A stretch of DNA of 64,000 bases from an uncultured Acidobacteriota bacterium. GTDB taxonomy: Bacteria; Acidobacteriota; Terriglobia; UBA7540. The stretch spans positions 896,001 to 960,000 of the forward strand of contig CAWDSK010000003.1 in assembly GCA_963804995.1 (NCBI GenBank). Direction: 5' to 3'. This document shows positions 63,415 to 64,000 of the stretch, in pieces (within the stretch, counting starts at the first letter, position 1; every line of letters starts with the position of its first letter). Position numbers and translations under genes: made by a program. The notes beneath the pieces were generated by a model, which saw only the letters and a program-made list of their open reading frames with translations, had not been told where the DNA came from and made no database searches.

Positions 63415-64000
63415 GAGGATTTCCTCCCCCGGTTTATGGCAAAAGACTGACTGGATGCTTCGAAGATTGGTTGTGAGCTAAGTAATGAGTGCTGGCTAGC
63501 GAGGCGCACGGAATAGACGTGTGTCTGAAGTCGACGCAAACGCTTACCCCCCGTCAAGGTAGGCAATAGATAAATAATCCTGCAAGGTACGGGCCAACGG
63601 TGAGCAGTTGACAAGGGCTTAGAATCCCTTAATTCCTGCACAAAGCTATGCAGACCGTGTGTAAGAATTGTCAGCGCCTTGTATGATCGGGCAGGGACAA
63701 ATCTGCGGTGGGATGTTGAATTACTCTACTTACATGCGCAACGGGCCCCCATCCTGTCCGAGTTTCTGAAAGAGGCCGGGAAATGCGGTGCTAACCCTTC
63801 TCGGACATTTCAGCTTGAATTTGTCATCTTGGCGAGCAAACTTTGCCGACTGGGCAGGTTTAGCCACCACGCTTTTGCGTTAAATCACGCCAAATGCCGG
63901 GTTTAAAGACAATTTGCCTTCGAATAGGAACGCAGTTTGGACTAACGACCGGCTTCTATTTACCACAGCGTTTCTGGTTGCGGGTTGTGGCCCTAACGGC

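Overview
GC-rich bacterial chromosomal segment. Gene content (many Tat-signal sugar enzymes, SBBP/Ig surface proteins, abundant intergenic palindromes) suggests Acidobacteriota; this is an inference. 1-25 kb: carbohydrate/amide catabolic genes, a BNR-propeller + MoaD-like pair, an M16 peptidase pair and a Tat-signal DegT-family aminotransferase. 25.7-28 kb: a non-coding repeat island. 28-45.4 kb: three large SBBP beta-propeller/Ig surface proteins, a two-component system and a putative outer-membrane barrel. 46-50 kb: second Tat DegT, RidA and APC permease. 50.3-63.4 kb: complete minus-strand hdrCBA-mvhDGA-protease-hypCDEABF cluster. Most notable: (1) all three surface proteins end in a last Ig domain split by a TM-hairpin with an internal lipobox-like Cys, suggesting an uncharacterised anchoring/sorting system; (2) a dispersed AT-rich motif-array element whose copies keep identical 51/40-bp spacing. 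About seven indels split otherwise intact genes and look like long-read errors; four sit at CTCGAG/CTGAG. No rRNA, tRNA, CRISPR array or transposase gene was recognised.
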